Below, in pieces: positions 62,430 to 64,000 of a stretch of 64,000 nucleotides of DNA; the stretch's first letter is position 1, and every line of letters begins with the position of its first letter. Both the position numbers and the translations under genes were made by a program. Under the pieces are notes generated by a model, which saw only the letters and a program-made list of their open reading frames with translations, searched no databases and was not told the origin of the DNA. This DNA comes from Eledone cirrhosa. Its lineage: Eukaryota. The stretch covers positions 71,548,001 through 71,612,000 of the forward strand of contig OZ024742.1 in NCBI GenBank assembly GCA_964016885.1. Direction: 5' to 3'.

Positions 62430-63385
62430 AAACACTTACTTGAGTTTTAAAAAATAATGGCAGTCATGGTAGCAGTGAGATGTCAACAGTGTCATCACTG
62501 CCCTCAACACTACAACAACACACTCAGAGTTACTTCCCTTAGCATACATTAAAATACAACCACAATGCCTTGAAATGGTATGGAGGTTGTTTTTGTTCCT
62601 CCTCAACCAGATCCAGCTGGAACTCCCTTCTGCTGCCTCTGATATTGCTTTTAGCACTTTGGTCCTGGTCTTCCCAATGACTGAAAGTTGTTTCGTGAAA
62701 TTGTAGGCAGATTTCCCCACAAAGCCTCTGGCTCCAACCTCTATAGCAAGAACTCTGACATGGAAGTCAGTTTCCCTCAGGCTGTTGGCCAAACTGGCAT
62801 ATTTCTCAGTCTTCTATGCACATATGGCACAGTTAGTTCAATCAAAATCAGCTGTTTTGATGAACTGGAATAGAGTACTGGAAGTTCTGCTGTATACTCC
62901 CAGTCATCTGCACCATTCAGAAGACTTGATTCCCATGCCCTGTATGGCATAGCTGTTCCTGGCTATAATTTGCTGCCTCCTGCTATATAGAATGTTGTTG
63001 GCGATTTTCATGCTATGATTTTTACTTTTGCCATACTTAACACATGTACCTTTTAGCATTTAAACCTGCTGTATCCGGACCGAATTCTGTCGCCTCTTTC
63101 TGTTCAAACTGTCTTTAACCAGCTGCTCATACTGATGTTAAGCTATTGTTCTCAAAATAAATAATATCAGAATCTCGTAGATTTGATATTATGTGAGGTA
63201 AAGCTTTTACTGTGAAAATATAATAGTAAATATAAAGTAATGTTAAAGGGTTAAGCACATGATTGTGTCTTCATGTGTATCTTACTTGGACTAGTGCTAA
63301 TCTGCATGAGCTCAGAATGTGTTCCTCTGTCTGCCTACCCTGGTAGAGTGGGCACTCAAGTGTATCTGACATCACTATATTGTCT
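62430..63385 (-). mobile_element. HERO/R2-group RLE LINE 3' fragment
   Basis: CPLYQGRQTEEHILSSC..RYT*RHNHVL, LIELT, AIEVGARGFVG, SEAAEGSSSWIWLRR. Confidence 0.8.
63049..63250. mobile_element. piggyBac-type MITE nested in the HERO-like fragment
   Basis: Homologous to 26329-26546; ends aaagggTTAA. Confidence 0.75.
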
Positions 63386-63794
63386 AAACATTTTGATTGA
63401 CCTATCTTATTGGAGTTATTGATCTTGTTTAAAAAATAATTTTTTAATCCAGAGGAAGTTTTTGTCTACTAATTGCTTGGATAATCTCAGTTGATAAACA
63501 TTTTCAACAATATTATATACAAGATCAACTATATTTATCTTTAGTGCTGAGAAAACTGAAGGGATTTTCTCTCTACTATAATTTGATGGTATAATCCAGA
63601 ACTAGATTAAAAATCCCTTGGTGGTTTAGTAAACATTTTTCAAAAGATTTTTTGGATATTTTCACAAAGTCTGGGTCTGCCTAGTTGTCAGCTTCAGTTA
63701 CCAGCTAATTTCAGAATGTTACCTGTTATAGATACCAGCTAATTTCAGAATGTTTCTGTCAACTATATTCTGTCAACTATAGTTACCAGCTGTG

Positions 63795-64000
63795 GAGCCA
63801 CGTGGTTTAGTGGCAAGGGTGTTAGATTTACGATCATAATGTTGTGGGTTTGTTTCCTGGGGTGGGTTGCATGTTGTGTTCTTGAGCAAAACATTTAATT
63901 TCATGTTGCTCCAGTATACTCAGCTGGAAACGAGTACCAGCAATACCTGAGGGTATATACTGGCGTCTGGTCCAGGATAAGCACTGGCCTAACGAGCCTT
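63795..64000 (+). mobile_element. Old tRNA-derived SINE (family E), runs off the window
   Basis: gagccacgtggtttagtgg..gttcttgagcaaaaca..ttgctccagtatactcagctg. Confidence 0.6.

Overview
Eukaryotic, AT-rich, repeat-dense animal DNA. The SINE/LINE repertoire and microsatellite load point to an octopus (coleoid cephalopod) genome, but that is inference from family resemblance, not a search result. The only host coding sequence I can support is three + strand exons with canonical AG/GT ends and compatible phases: an Ig-domain exon (16635-16907) and two exons that together encode one fibronectin type III domain (58488-58611, 59230-59408). They read as one Ig-FN3 cell-surface protein, possibly PTP99A-like, with an apparent 41,580-bp intron. 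The rest is intronic: a near-full-length decayed RTE LINE and fragments, L1/Tx1-clade, R4/Dong-like and HERO-like LINE fragments, several tRNA-derived SINE families, Helitrons, mariner, hAT and piggyBac-type MITEs, and many mini/microsatellites. Nearly all long ORFs in the supplied track are repeat artefacts. Best leads: (1) a 4.5-kb array of about 138 33-bp units that equal the first 33 nt (Pol III A-box head) of the SINE it abuts; (2) a chain of Tx1-like LINEs and SINEs that share a 3' tail and are repeatedly joined through (ATT)n, suggesting an ATT-microsatellite-targeted LINE/SINE pair; (3) a young ~170-bp fold-back duplication with microhomology junctions; (4) a SINE built from both the 5' UTR and the 3' tail of the RTE LINE present in this window.
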